Below are positions 9,127 to 18,150 of a stretch of 34,015 nt of DNA, piece by piece. Location: positions 1 through 34,015 of the forward strand of contig CALKEP010000030.1 of the NCBI GenBank assembly GCA_938084645.1, in the 5' to 3' direction. This stretch comes from an uncultured Phycisphaerales bacterium (GTDB taxonomy: Bacteria > Planctomycetota > Phycisphaerae > Phycisphaerales > SM1A02). Position 1 is the first letter of the stretch. The number at the start of each line of letters is the position of its first letter. The notes beneath the pieces are model-generated. The model made no database searches, was not told the DNA's origin, and worked only from the letters and a program-made list of their open reading frames with translations. The position numbers were made by a program, and so were the translations under genes.

Positions 9127-9866
9127 CGAGCCCCCTCCGATCCGAGGTCGAGGATGGCTTCGATTCGCTCGGCGTCCGCGGCGTCGGTGGCGGATTTGAG
9201 AAGGGCGTTCCGAGCGAGGGTCATCGCCTCAAGGGTCAGCGGTCCGACCAGGGAAGCATGCCCTTCGCGATCGTTGAGATGCTCGAGGATGGAATCGAGC
9301 CGCCCCGTCCGATGCAGGTCCTCGAAGACCTCGACCGCGCGTGGCTCGTACCAGCTGCCCGCGTGTTCCCGAAGATCCTCGATCGCGCGGGCGGCCGCGT
9401 CTTCGCCGACGCCGTCCCGATACGGCCGGAGGCTGGTCATCGCGTCGAAGCCGTCGATCACCGAGAACCACCTCGCGGCGATCGGAATCGCCTCGCCTGC
9501 GAGACCGTCGGGATAGCCGGTTCCGTCGATCCGCTCGTGATGATTCCGGATCACGTTCAGGACGAGCGGGTCGCGGACGCCCATGCGTTGCACGCGTTCC
9601 CATCCGAGAACGGTGTGTGCCTTCATGGTGTCGTACTCGGCGTCGGTCAGGCGACCCGGCTTCGAGAGGATCTCGGCGGGAATGTCGATCTTGCCGATGT
9701 CGTGCAGCACGGCGCCGAGCATAAATCCCATCACCGTCGAGACCGGCATCCGCTCCGCTTCCGCGACCGCCTGGGCGTACATCGTCACCCGCCAGGTGTG
9801 GGCGCCGGTGCTCCGGTCCTTGAGCTCGACGATGCGAGCCAGTGCGTTGGCGAGTTCGAAATCCAC
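9123..9866 (-). CDS. HD-GYP domain protein (putative c-di-GMP phosphodiesterase)
   Basis: T.AHT.RV, LHDIGK, HHERIDGTGYP, DGFDAMTSLRPY; no sensory domain. Confidence 0.93.
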   Translation of the reverse strand: MDFELANALARIVELKDRSTGAHTWRVTMYAQAVAEAERMPVSTVMGFMLGAVLHDIGKIDIPAEILSKPGRLTDAEYDTMKAHTVLGWERVQRMGVRDPLVLNVIRNHHERIDGTGYPDGLAGEAIPIAARWFSVIDGFDAMTSLRPYRDGVGEDAAARAIEDLREHAGSWYEPRAVEVFEDLHRTGRLDSILEHLNDREGHASLVGPLTLEAMTLARNALLKSATDAADAERIEAILDLGSEGAR

Positions 9867-9966
9867 GATTCAAGGGTAGCAGGGCCCGGGGCCCGAGCGG
9901 GTCGAGGCGACGCGATCATGCCTCGACGTCGGACCTGCCCGCGGAATCGACGAATCGGGATGGGTG

Positions 9967-10716
9967 TCAGCAGGGGCGCGAGAGGATTGCCCGTCGGATC
10001 GGTACCAGCACGGAGGGAATCAGCCGTTCCTCGACGAGCCGCTCGCCGTGACCGGCGAGACGCGCGAACATCGCCGGCAGATCCTCGAGCCGACGGATCG
10101 GTCCGCTCGACCGGACCGTGAGGTACACGCTGATGGGTTCGTGGCCCTCGAGTCCGGGGATCCCCAGCCCGCGGGCGGGGCGGGACTTCACTTCGAAGAA
10201 CGCCTGCATCGTGGGGTCGTCCTCGAGCGAGATTCCGATGAAGGGCTGGGCTTCGACGAGTCGTTCGCGGTCGCGGTCGACGAGTTCCGCGAGGGGCGAA
10301 TTCGCAAGCAACGCCTCGAAGACGATCTCATCGCGATCGCGGTCGGCCTCGAAGTCGAACCCGAAGACCAGCTCCAGGTGATCGAGATCGAGCGGGCTGA
10401 TCGAGAGGAAGTACGGCGAGATCTCGAGGATCGTCCGGTGGAGTTTGTACGCCTCTTCGAGCGAGGTCGGGTTCACCGAGCCGCTTCGCAGCGTCGTCTG
10501 GCGCAGCGCGACCCATGAATAGGTGCCGTCGGTGTCCTCGGACTCGAGGGCGCACTCACCGTCGTACCGCTTCAGTCTTTCCAGCCGCGGGAATTCTCGC
10601 TGGATTCTGCCGAACAGATCCAGCACCGACTCGCGTCCGGTGGGGACGTCCATGGTCAGCGCGATCTTCTGGTTGAGGTAGAAGTCCGAGCAGAGGGTGG
10701 TGATGTCGGGATCCAC
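9967..10716 (-). CDS. Hypothetical protein resembling a conserved planctomycete family (about 249 aa)
   Basis: Coding-like composition from GTG 10716 with GGAG 8 nt upstream; motifs DFYLNQKI, SG.VNP, PYFLSISPLD.D.LELVFGFDF. The upstream ORF extension overlaps DUF418 and is probably spurious. Confidence 0.75.
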   Translation of the reverse strand: MDPDITTLCSDFYLNQKIALTMDVPTGRESVLDLFGRIQREFPRLERLKRYDGECALESEDTDGTYSWVALRQTTLRSGSVNPTSLEEAYKLHRTILEISPYFLSISPLDLDHLELVFGFDFEADRDRDEIVFEALLANSPLAELVDRDRERLVEAQPFIGISLEDDPTMQAFFEVKSRPARGLGIPGLEGHEPISVYLTVRSSGPIRRLEDLPAMFARLAGHGERLVEERLIPSVLVPIRRAILSRPC

Positions 10717-10855
10717 AGAGGAGGCTCCATCGTCGCCTCGACGCCCGAGGGGAGGAGCGGCCCTCCCGGTCTTCGGGCCGTCGACCTCGGTCGCGACGTG
10801 GCCCAAGGTAGGGCTTGAACCGGGGTTGCCGTGGTCCTTGACGCGTTTTCCACGA

Positions 10856-12112
10856 TCAGGAGCGTGGGGTCGAGGCTCGCGGGACCCCGAGATAGGAACC
10901 CACCCGCCAGAGCCACTCGAGGGGCCCCATTCGGAACCGCCGCGACCAGCCGACGCAGAGGGCCGCCACAACGCAATAGACGAGGATGGCGGCGAGCAGG
11001 AGCTCCATCTCACCGAGGCGTCCGAATTGCGCGAAGCCCCAGAAGGACATCAACGCGACGAAGCACACGCTTTCGAGGAGATAGGCGGAGAGCGACATCC
11101 GCCCGACGGCGGCCAGCGTCTTCGCGCCGGGCATCCGTTTCGCGGCGCAGGCCCGACCGACGACGCCGATCAGGCCGATCGCCAGCGTCGCCGAGGCGAC
11201 ATCGTGCACGGCGGAGATCGCCGCACGTTGGATGACGTCGGGATTGCCGAACTGGATCAGGCCGGCAAGGGCCAGTTCGACCGGGAGGCCGATCGCCACG
11301 CCCCAGATCGCGAGGCGACCCAGGAGTGGTCGTCGATCTGCGTTGAACAATCCGATGTCGTGGAAGTACGAGCCCAGGAGGACCAGGCCCAGGACGTGCC
11401 AGCCGTAGTTCAGAAAGAAGATCGCGGTGGCGAAGCCCCAGACCACGATTCGGAAGAGGAAGGCGTCGGTCCAGGGCCCCTCGCGATTGGCCGCGATCTC
11501 CGCCGGGATCCACTGCGGATGCGCGGGATCGAAGTTCGCAGCCTGCATCGCTTCGAGGCCACGAAGCGTGAGATCGGGGGTGTCGCTCATCGCTGGTGCG
11601 AAGAGGGCGAGGAGGCTGAACAGGAAGACGCCGGTCATCGACACGGCCAGGCACGCGACGCCCAGCCAAAGTCTGATCGTGGTGGGAACCTGGATCAGGA
11701 GAATCATGATCATCCCGACCAGCGCGTACTGGAAGAGGATGTCGCCGTACCACAGCAAGCCGGCGTGCAGAAGGCCGAACGCCGCGAGAATCGCCATTCG
11801 GCGGGCGAGGAATCCAGCGGCGCGACCGGTCCGCTGAAGGAGTCTCGCGCGTTGCATCGCGATTCCGAATCCGAAGAGCACCGAGAAGATCGAGATGAAC
11901 TTGAAGGAGAAGAAGCCCGTCACGACGAACCAGGCCACCCCGTCCGCACCCCGCGCCGCGAGGTCGGTCTGGCCGGACGCGACGGCGAGTGGGAGGCCGA
12001 AGAACCACGCATTGACCACCACGATTCCGAAGAGCGAGAATCCGCGCAGGACGTCGATCGCGGAGATGCGTTCGCCGACGGGCAGTGGTGAGGGAATGCC
12101 GGGCTGTGTCAT
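10856..12112 (-). CDS. DUF418 (YeiB-like) inner membrane protein
   Basis: ERISAIDVLRGFSLFGI, FSVLFGFG, WYGDILFQYA, GRMSLSAYL, GPLEWLWR; start ATG 12112. Confidence 0.9.
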   Translation of the reverse strand: MTQPGIPSPLPVGERISAIDVLRGFSLFGIVVVNAWFFGLPLAVASGQTDLAARGADGVAWFVVTGFFSFKFISIFSVLFGFGIAMQRARLLQRTGRAAGFLARRMAILAAFGLLHAGLLWYGDILFQYALVGMIMILLIQVPTTIRLWLGVACLAVSMTGVFLFSLLALFAPAMSDTPDLTLRGLEAMQAANFDPAHPQWIPAEIAANREGPWTDAFLFRIVVWGFATAIFFLNYGWHVLGLVLLGSYFHDIGLFNADRRPLLGRLAIWGVAIGLPVELALAGLIQFGNPDVIQRAAISAVHDVASATLAIGLIGVVGRACAAKRMPGAKTLAAVGRMSLSAYLLESVCFVALMSFWGFAQFGRLGEMELLLAAILVYCVVAALCVGWSRRFRMGPLEWLWRVGSYLGVPRASTPRS

Positions 12113-12201
12113 GGTCGGTGCCTTCCGAAGGGATGGTCGCAGAATTCGTCGATCCCCACCATCGGCCTGGCTCCGATGGCGGCGGTTCGGTCGACCACGA
12201 A

Positions 12202-13437
12202 TCAATCGTCGGTGGAACGCCGGGAGGTCAGATCCACGGACGTCGCGCCGACCGGTGCGGTGAGCCGTCGCATCGGCGGTCGCTGCAGGTAGGTGAACCA
12301 TCGCCAGCACCATTCGAAGGGTCCGAGCAGGAACCAGCGGTTCCAGAGCAGGCCTGCCACCATCACGACGCCGAAGACGGAGATCCCCACGCCGACCGCG
12401 GCGGCGTTGCCGAGCTCGTCATACCAGCCCAGTCCCCACGATCGGAAGACGGCGGCGAGCAGGATCGACTCGAAGAGGTAGCCGGAAAGCGACATTCGTC
12501 CCAGGATTCCGAATGCGGTGGTGAGCGGGAAACGACGTCGCTCCACCAGCGTGGTGATCAGACCCGCGTATCCGATCACCACCGTGGCGGCGCTCAGCGG
12601 ATGGAGGAACGACCAGGCGACGGAGGCGAATCCGTCACCTCCGCGAAGCGACCCGGGCAGGAAACCCACGAGTTCCACGGAGAGCCCGATGATCAGGCAG
12701 GTGATCGCCACCTGCGTTCGCCGCCTGGCACGTTCCACGCTGAAGAAGCCGAGATCACGAAGCGCGGTGCCGACCAGGACGAGACCGAGGAGATACCACC
12801 CGTAGAAGCGGACGCCGTAGCCGATGGCGCCGCGCCAGTTCCGGAAGCGATCCCCGAAACCGCCGGCTGTCGGCGAGCGGGTCGGCTCCTCCTGGACCAT
12901 GTCGGTCGACGGGGGCGGAGGATTCGTCGCCGTGACTTCGTCGGCCTCCGCCATGACCGCGGTCGGTGACGTGGACTGGTCGAGCCAGGATTGCAGGGGG
13001 CCGCTCGCCGCGAGCCCGCCGGAGAACACGACGAGGGCCAGGCCCAGTCCCAGACGCCACCGAGTCGGTCGGCCGAGCCAGGGAAGTGCAATCAGGGCGA
13101 CGCCGGCGAACACGAACAGGATGTCGCCGAAGAAGAGCCCGAGCCCATGAAGCAGGCCCGCCGCGGCCAGCCACCCGATTCGCCGAAGTTCGAAGGGAAC
13201 CCTCGGAATCCCCGAGGCGACGAGCCGTGCGTGCTGGGTGGCCAGTCCGAAACCGAAGAGCAGGGTGAACAGGCCGAGAAACTTGTAGTGACCGAACACG
13301 AGGTCGAGATAGGCGACGATGGAATCGCCGAGACCGCCGTCGAGGGTCCAGGGCCCCTGGATGGCCCGAGGAAGCGGCATCGCGAAGAACCGGACGTTCT
13401 CGATGACGATGCCGAGCAGGGCGACCCCGCGAATCAC
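12202..13437 (-). CDS. DUF418 (YeiB-like) inner membrane protein, second paralogue; true start uncertain and probably upstream
   Basis: RGVALLGI, FTLLFGFG, FFGDIL, GRMSLSGYL, GPFEWCWR. The conserved RIPAID segment lies in frame upstream of the first canonical start. Confidence 0.85.
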   Translation of the reverse strand: MIRGVALLGIVIENVRFFAMPLPRAIQGPWTLDGGLGDSIVAYLDLVFGHYKFLGLFTLLFGFGLATQHARLVASGIPRVPFELRRIGWLAAAGLLHGLGLFFGDILFVFAGVALIALPWLGRPTRWRLGLGLALVVFSGGLAASGPLQSWLDQSTSPTAVMAEADEVTATNPPPPSTDMVQEEPTRSPTAGGFGDRFRNWRGAIGYGVRFYGWYLLGLVLVGTALRDLGFFSVERARRRTQVAITCLIIGLSVELVGFLPGSLRGGDGFASVAWSFLHPLSAATVVIGYAGLITTLVERRRFPLTTAFGILGRMSLSGYLFESILLAAVFRSWGLGWYDELGNAAAVGVGISVFGVVMVAGLLWNRWFLLGPFEWCWRWFTYLQRPPMRRLTAPVGATSVDLTSRRSTDD

Positions 13438-13538
13438 GTCGATCGCAGGTATCCGGCCGCGGCGCTCGATGGGGCGGAGTTGCTCGATGTCGGTCTCCGA
13501 ATCGACGTGACTGCCCCGGAGATCACGGGACGTGGCAT

Positions 13539-14267
13539 TCAGGATCGGGTCGGGAGCGGGCCGGCGGCGAGGGCGGTGTCGACCGCCTCCTGGAATCGGC
13601 CGAGATCCGAGAGGTCGGGAAGCAGGACATCGGCACCGTGGGGACGGAGCTGGTCTTCGGTGAATCGACCCGTCGCCACCGCGATCACCCGGCAGCCGTT
13701 GTGGTGCGCACAGTCGATGTCCGCGGGGGTGTCCCCGACGATCACCGTCTCGTGGGGTTCGACCGCGAGGCCCAGTTCCTCGGCCGCCCGTCGAATCGCC
13801 AGTGGCGGCAGGCCGCGACGAAGGTCCGCTTCGGATCCCCAGGCACCGAAGCGGAAGTGATCGGGATCGAGCCCGGCGGCCTCGATCTTGAGGCGACCGG
13901 TCTCGGGGTAGTTGCCGGTGAGGAGGGCCGACTCCAGGGTCGGGTGTTCGTGGACCCAGCGGGCGGCGTCACCGGCGCCCTCGAGTGCGTACACCGGGCC
14001 CTCCTCCTCGATGATCTTCGCGAGGATCGAGCCGTAGGTCGTTCGAAACCGCTCGTGGCCGTCGTCCTCGGGGGCGTGTCCGAGCTGCTCGAGCATCGCC
14101 CGCCAGATCAACGGATCGAGCCAACCGGCGGTGTCGAGCCGCGCGTGGTCCACCTCGTCCCCGGGGTGTCGGGGCGGGTGCAGTTCCTTCATCGCGAGGG
14201 CCATGGACCGCGGGCCCGCGCCACCACTGCGAAGCAGCGTGCCGTCGATGTCGAAGAGGATCAGCAA
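13539..14267 (-). CDS. HAD superfamily hydrolase (phosphoglycolate phosphatase-like)
   Basis: [10 protein letters not shown] motif I, LLTGN motif II, VGDTPAD motif IV; TTG start 14267 with GGAG upstream. Confidence 0.9.
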   Translation of the reverse strand: MLILFDIDGTLLRSGGAGPRSMALAMKELHPPRHPGDEVDHARLDTAGWLDPLIWRAMLEQLGHAPEDDGHERFRTTYGSILAKIIEEEGPVYALEGAGDAARWVHEHPTLESALLTGNYPETGRLKIEAAGLDPDHFRFGAWGSEADLRRGLPPLAIRRAAEELGLAVEPHETVIVGDTPADIDCAHHNGCRVIAVATGRFTEDQLRPHGADVLLPDLSDLGRFQEAVDTALAAGPLPTRS

Positions 14268-14304
14268 GGTGCTCGCTCCGGTTGGTGGATCGGCGTGATC
14301 CGAG

Positions 14305-15501
14305 TCAGGCCACCGCGTCGCAGACCAGCGCCGCCGCTTCCGCGAGATCGCCGGCGGTCCGCATCGTGGGAATCTCGGTCTTGGCGTCCTCGAGGATCCG
14401 CCGGGCCGCATCGACCTCGGTGCCTTCGAGTCGAACCACGAGCGGGACCTCGAATCCGACCTCCTTGGCGGCGGCGACGATGGCGGAGGCGATGGTGTCG
14501 CACCGCATGATGCCGCCGAAGATGTTCACGAGCACGCCGTTCACGCGGCCGTCGCCGAGAATGATTCGGAATGCCTCGGTCACCGACTCCTTGGTGGCGG
14601 AGCCGCCCACGTCGAGGAAGTTCGCCGGCTCGCCGCCGTGCAGTTTCACGATGTCCATGGTGCTCATCGCGAGCCCGGCGCCGTTGACCAGGCATCCGAT
14701 CGTCCCATCGAGGGCGACGTAGGAAAGCCCGGACTCCTGCGCACGGATCTCCGCGGGGTTCTCTTCGGTGGGATCGTGCATGGCCTGGAGATCGGGGTGT
14801 CGGAAGAGGGCGTTGTCGTCGAATCCGAACTTCGCGTCGATGGCGAGCACGCGACCGTCCGGTGCGTCCTCCGACGGCGGGGTCACGATCAGCGGGTTGA
14901 TCTCGACGATGCTCGCGTCCGTCGATTCGTAGAGACCCGCGAGTCGCTGCATGATCGACGCGGCCTGCTGGATCTGGCGGCCATGGAATCCCAGGCGGGT
15001 CGCGAGGGCGCGGGCCTCGAACGCCTCGAGTCCGGTGCGGGGATCGATCGCGACCGTGAGGATCGCATCGGGATTCTCGTGGGCGACGGTCTCGATCTCG
15101 ACGCCACCCTCGGCGCTGGCGATCAGCGTGTTCACGCCGCGGCTGCGATCGAGCGTCACCGCGACGTAGTACTCCTTCTCGATGTCGACACCGGCGGCGA
15201 CGAGGAGTCGATTCACCTCGATGCCTTCGGGGCCGGTCTGGACCGAGACCATGCGGTTGCCGAGCATGAAGCTCGCCGCCTCCCGGGCTTCGTCGACCGA
15301 ACGGACGAGCTTGACGAAGCCGGCCTTTCCACGGCCACCGGCATGCACCTGGGCCTTCACCACCACCAGGGTCTCGCCGGCGGCGAGCAGTTGCTCGGTC
15401 TCCGCGACCGCGTCCTCCACGGTCTCGACCATGCGGCCGGCGGGGACCGGGATGCGGGCGTCGGCGAGGAGTTGTCGGGCCTGGTACTCGTGGATCTTCA
15501 T
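14305..15501 (-). CDS. sucC: Succinate--CoA ligase [ADP-forming] beta subunit
   Basis: [52 protein letters not shown]. Confidence 0.97.
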   Translation of the reverse strand: MKIHEYQARQLLADARIPVPAGRMVETVEDAVAETEQLLAAGETLVVVKAQVHAGGRGKAGFVKLVRSVDEAREAASFMLGNRMVSVQTGPEGIEVNRLLVAAGVDIEKEYYVAVTLDRSRGVNTLIASAEGGVEIETVAHENPDAILTVAIDPRTGLEAFEARALATRLGFHGRQIQQAASIMQRLAGLYESTDASIVEINPLIVTPPSEDAPDGRVLAIDAKFGFDDNALFRHPDLQAMHDPTEENPAEIRAQESGLSYVALDGTIGCLVNGAGLAMSTMDIVKLHGGEPANFLDVGGSATKESVTEAFRIILGDGRVNGVLVNIFGGIMRCDTIASAIVAAAKEVGFEVPLVVRLEGTEVDAARRILEDAKTEIPTMRTAGDLAEAAALVCDAVA

Positions 15502-15649
15502 GTCGGGCTCGGTCGGGGGTGAGGTGGAACGGGGTCGCGGAGCCGTTGCTCTGGCGAGTCGTGCATGGTACTCGGAGCAGGACTCGATTTCCCGTTCGAA
15601 GCGGGTGGCGACCGTGGCGGCCGCCGGCACCGTCGCCGGCCCGGGCGGA

Positions 15650-16303
15650 TCAGTCCTCCGCGGTGCCGAGGCCGCGGGCCGCGTCGATGATCCGCTTGAT
15701 GCCGTCCGGATCGGGGACGTTCCGGATTCGGATGTCCGCCACGCCGTCACCGGCGGCACTGTCGATCTCCAGATCACCGATTCCGACGATCCGCTGCCAG
15801 AAACTCTGGGTGATTCGAATGTTTCGGACGTGCTGGTGAAGGACCTCCGAGGTGCTCCGCATCACGATCCCTCGTTCATCGATCGTCCGCCGGGAGGTGA
15901 TTCGAAGACGATCCCATCGATGGCCGAGCACGAAGATCCAGGTCATCCATCCGCCGCCCGCGAGGAGCACCGCGAGCCCGATCCACCACATCCAGTGGGG
16001 GATGCTCGGCGAGGTCAGTGCGAGGATCAGGAATCCACCGCCGGCGAGGGTGGTCGTCGACGAGGCGAGGCTCGCGATGGGGTGACCCCGTACCAGCGCG
16101 GGTCGGGCGACCCGCAGGAATCGTTCCTCGGTGTCGGGGCGATCGTTCGAGTCAGGCGCGGTCGCGGGCGTCTCCACCGGCACCGACGACGGGACGCGAT
16201 TGACGTCGCCGCAGTAGGGGCAGGCGATCTTCTCGACGGTGGGTTCCGCGGGAAACGAACGCTCACAGGCATCGCAGACGATCTCGACGGGCTCGGACAT
16301 CAT
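15650..16303 (-). CDS. Membrane protein with N-terminal Zn-ribbon (CxxC...CxxC), two TM helices and a bacterial PH (bPH_2-like) domain
   Basis: CDAC...CPYC; RITSRR...RGIV.R...E...HVRNIRITQSFWQRIVGIGDLEI.SA..I.IRNVPDP. Confidence 0.8.
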   Translation of the reverse strand: MMSEPVEIVCDACERSFPAEPTVEKIACPYCGDVNRVPSSVPVETPATAPDSNDRPDTEERFLRVARPALVRGHPIASLASSTTTLAGGGFLILALTSPSIPHWMWWIGLAVLLAGGGWMTWIFVLGHRWDRLRITSRRTIDERGIVMRSTSEVLHQHVRNIRITQSFWQRIVGIGDLEIDSAAGDGVADIRIRNVPDPDGIKRIIDAARGLGTAED

Positions 16304-16329
16304 CGTCTCCAGTGCGGCGTTCGCGGGAC

Positions 16330-18093
16330 TCAGGGGTTCTCGGCGTTTTCCATCCATCGGTCGGCGCACCGGCCGGCGTTCTGGCCGGACACCTGTCCGC
16401 CTCGCTCGGTGTAGGTGCCCTTCCAGGCCTTGCGACGCACGACCTCCACGGCCGCGAGGAAGGCGTCCACGTCGGTCTCGTCGTTGAAGAGACCGATCGA
16501 GGCTCGGACCGCGCCGTCCGGATCCCCGTCGGCGAGCAGGCGATCGCTGTGCACATGCGAGCAGAAACGACCGTTGCGGACCGCGATTCCGAATTCCTCG
16601 CCCAGCACCGCGGCGGTGAGCATGTCCGAGACGCCGTCGACGTTGAAGGGAACGATGGCGACGCGTTCTTCGAGGTCGGGGGGTCCGTACAGCGTGATTC
16701 CACCGATTCCCTGAAGGCCGTCCACCATGCGACGGAAGAGTTTCATCTCATGGGCGCGGACCTCGTCCATCGTGATCCGCATCAGGAGTCCGAGCATCAC
16801 CGACATTCCGATCGCGCCGCCGACGTTGGGCGTTCCGTACTGGTGCCGATCCGGGCTGGGGAGCCAGGTCGCACCGTTCTCGTCGACCTTGGCGGCGACG
16901 CCGCCACCCGGAACGACGGGGTCGACCGAATCCAGCACCTCGCGCGGACCCACCAGGAAACCGGCGCCGAACGGGGCGTAGGCCTTGTGTCCGGCGGCGA
17001 CGAGGAAGTCGATCGATGTCGGTTCGCCCGGGCGGCCCATGTCGATGGGAGCGTGGGCGATCAGTTGGGCGGCGTCGACGCAGATGAGGGCGCCGGCCTC
17101 GTGGGCGAGTGCCGCGATCTCGTGGATCGGCGGCATCCAGCCGGTGACGTTCGCGGCGCCGGTCACCGAGACGAGCTTGATCGGCTCCTGTCCAAGGGCG
17201 GCGCGGAGCGCGTCCATGTCGAGGCGGTGGTCGGGATCGAGTCCGACCCGCACCACTTTCCCGCGACGACGGTGGGGGAGATCGCTGCTGTGATGCTCGA
17301 GATCGGTGACCAGCACGGCACCGGGACGGGGTTCGACCGCGTGGGCGACGATCTCGCAGGCGGCGGTGGTGTTCGATGTGAACACCACGCAGTGATGCCG
17401 GAGATCCGCGCCGACGAAGGCGGCGCAGGTTCGGTACGCATCCTCGAATCTCAGCGTCGAGCGTCGCGCGAGCTGGTACGAGGCGCGGTGAACGTTGGCA
17501 TAGTCGAGGCTGAGGAAGTTCCTCACCTCCTCCATCGCGAAATCCGGCGGATGGGTGGTCGCCGCGTGGTCGAGGTAGACGAGCGGACGGGTGGAGCCGT
17601 CGAGCACCTCGACGGTCCGACTCGAGATCGCGAAGTTCGACCGGATGGACGCCCAGTTCTCGTGGTCGACCACGGCTCGGTCGTCGCGGGCCGCGAGCGT
17701 GACGGGCCCTGGCGCGATCTCAAGTCCCGCGTCGGTCCATCCCGCGAAGCCGCCATCGAGACTGCAGACGTTCGTGAAGCCCATCCGCTGCAGCGTCTGG
17801 GCCGCGAGCAGGCTCCGTTTGCCGGTGGCGCAGTAGACGCAGACGGGGTCGCTCGGGGACCCGACCCGGGGCTGGATCTCCTTCTCGAGCACCCCGCGGG
17901 GGATCAGAATGGCTTCCGGAACGATGCCGTCCTGCCACTCCGTCGGTTCGCGGACATCGACGACCATGAGCGTCGAGCCGGTCGAGGCGTCGGACCGCAT
18001 CGCCGCGACTTCAGCAGCGTCGATCGACCGGACTTCCCGACGGGCTGCGTCGCAGAGGTCTTCATAGGTGCTTGGCGGCGCGATCCGGTCCAT
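16330..18093 (-). CDS. Rhodanese domain fused to a class-V PLP aminotransferase (cysteine desulfurase-like)
   Basis: N-terminal DVREPTEW, YCATGKRS, LDGGFAGW; C-terminal YLDHAATT, EHHS, DAAQ, AGHK (PLP Lys), GTPN, RNGRFCSH, RASIGLFN. Confidence 0.9.
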   Translation of the reverse strand: MDRIAPPSTYEDLCDAARREVRSIDAAEVAAMRSDASTGSTLMVVDVREPTEWQDGIVPEAILIPRGVLEKEIQPRVGSPSDPVCVYCATGKRSLLAAQTLQRMGFTNVCSLDGGFAGWTDAGLEIAPGPVTLAARDDRAVVDHENWASIRSNFAISSRTVEVLDGSTRPLVYLDHAATTHPPDFAMEEVRNFLSLDYANVHRASYQLARRSTLRFEDAYRTCAAFVGADLRHHCVVFTSNTTAACEIVAHAVEPRPGAVLVTDLEHHSSDLPHRRRGKVVRVGLDPDHRLDMDALRAALGQEPIKLVSVTGAANVTGWMPPIHEIAALAHEAGALICVDAAQLIAHAPIDMGRPGEPTSIDFLVAAGHKAYAPFGAGFLVGPREVLDSVDPVVPGGGVAAKVDENGATWLPSPDRHQYGTPNVGGAIGMSVMLGLLMRITMDEVRAHEMKLFRRMVDGLQGIGGITLYGPPDLEERVAIVPFNVDGVSDMLTAAVLGEEFGIAVRNGRFCSHVHSDRLLADGDPDGAVRASIGLFNDETDVDAFLAAVEVVRRKAWKGTYTERGGQVSGQNAGRCADRWMENAENP

Positions 18094-18108
18094 TCCCGGA
18101 TTCTATCA
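18094..18108 (-). promoter_or_regulatory. Extended -10 (TGaTAGAAT) 6 nt before ATG; probable leaderless promoter
   Basis: Minus strand reads TGATAGAAT-CCGGGA-ATG. Confidence 0.6.
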
Positions 18109-18150
18109 CTCCGGAAACCGTCGACGCTCCTCGATCCCGGGTTTCCGGCG

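Noticed and set aside
16330..18093. Encapsulin-cargo cysteine desulfurase or a suf/isc operon
   Set aside because: No encapsulin shell, SufBCD/E/U or IscU genes are nearby, and the N-terminal extension is a folded rhodanese rather than a disordered targeting region.
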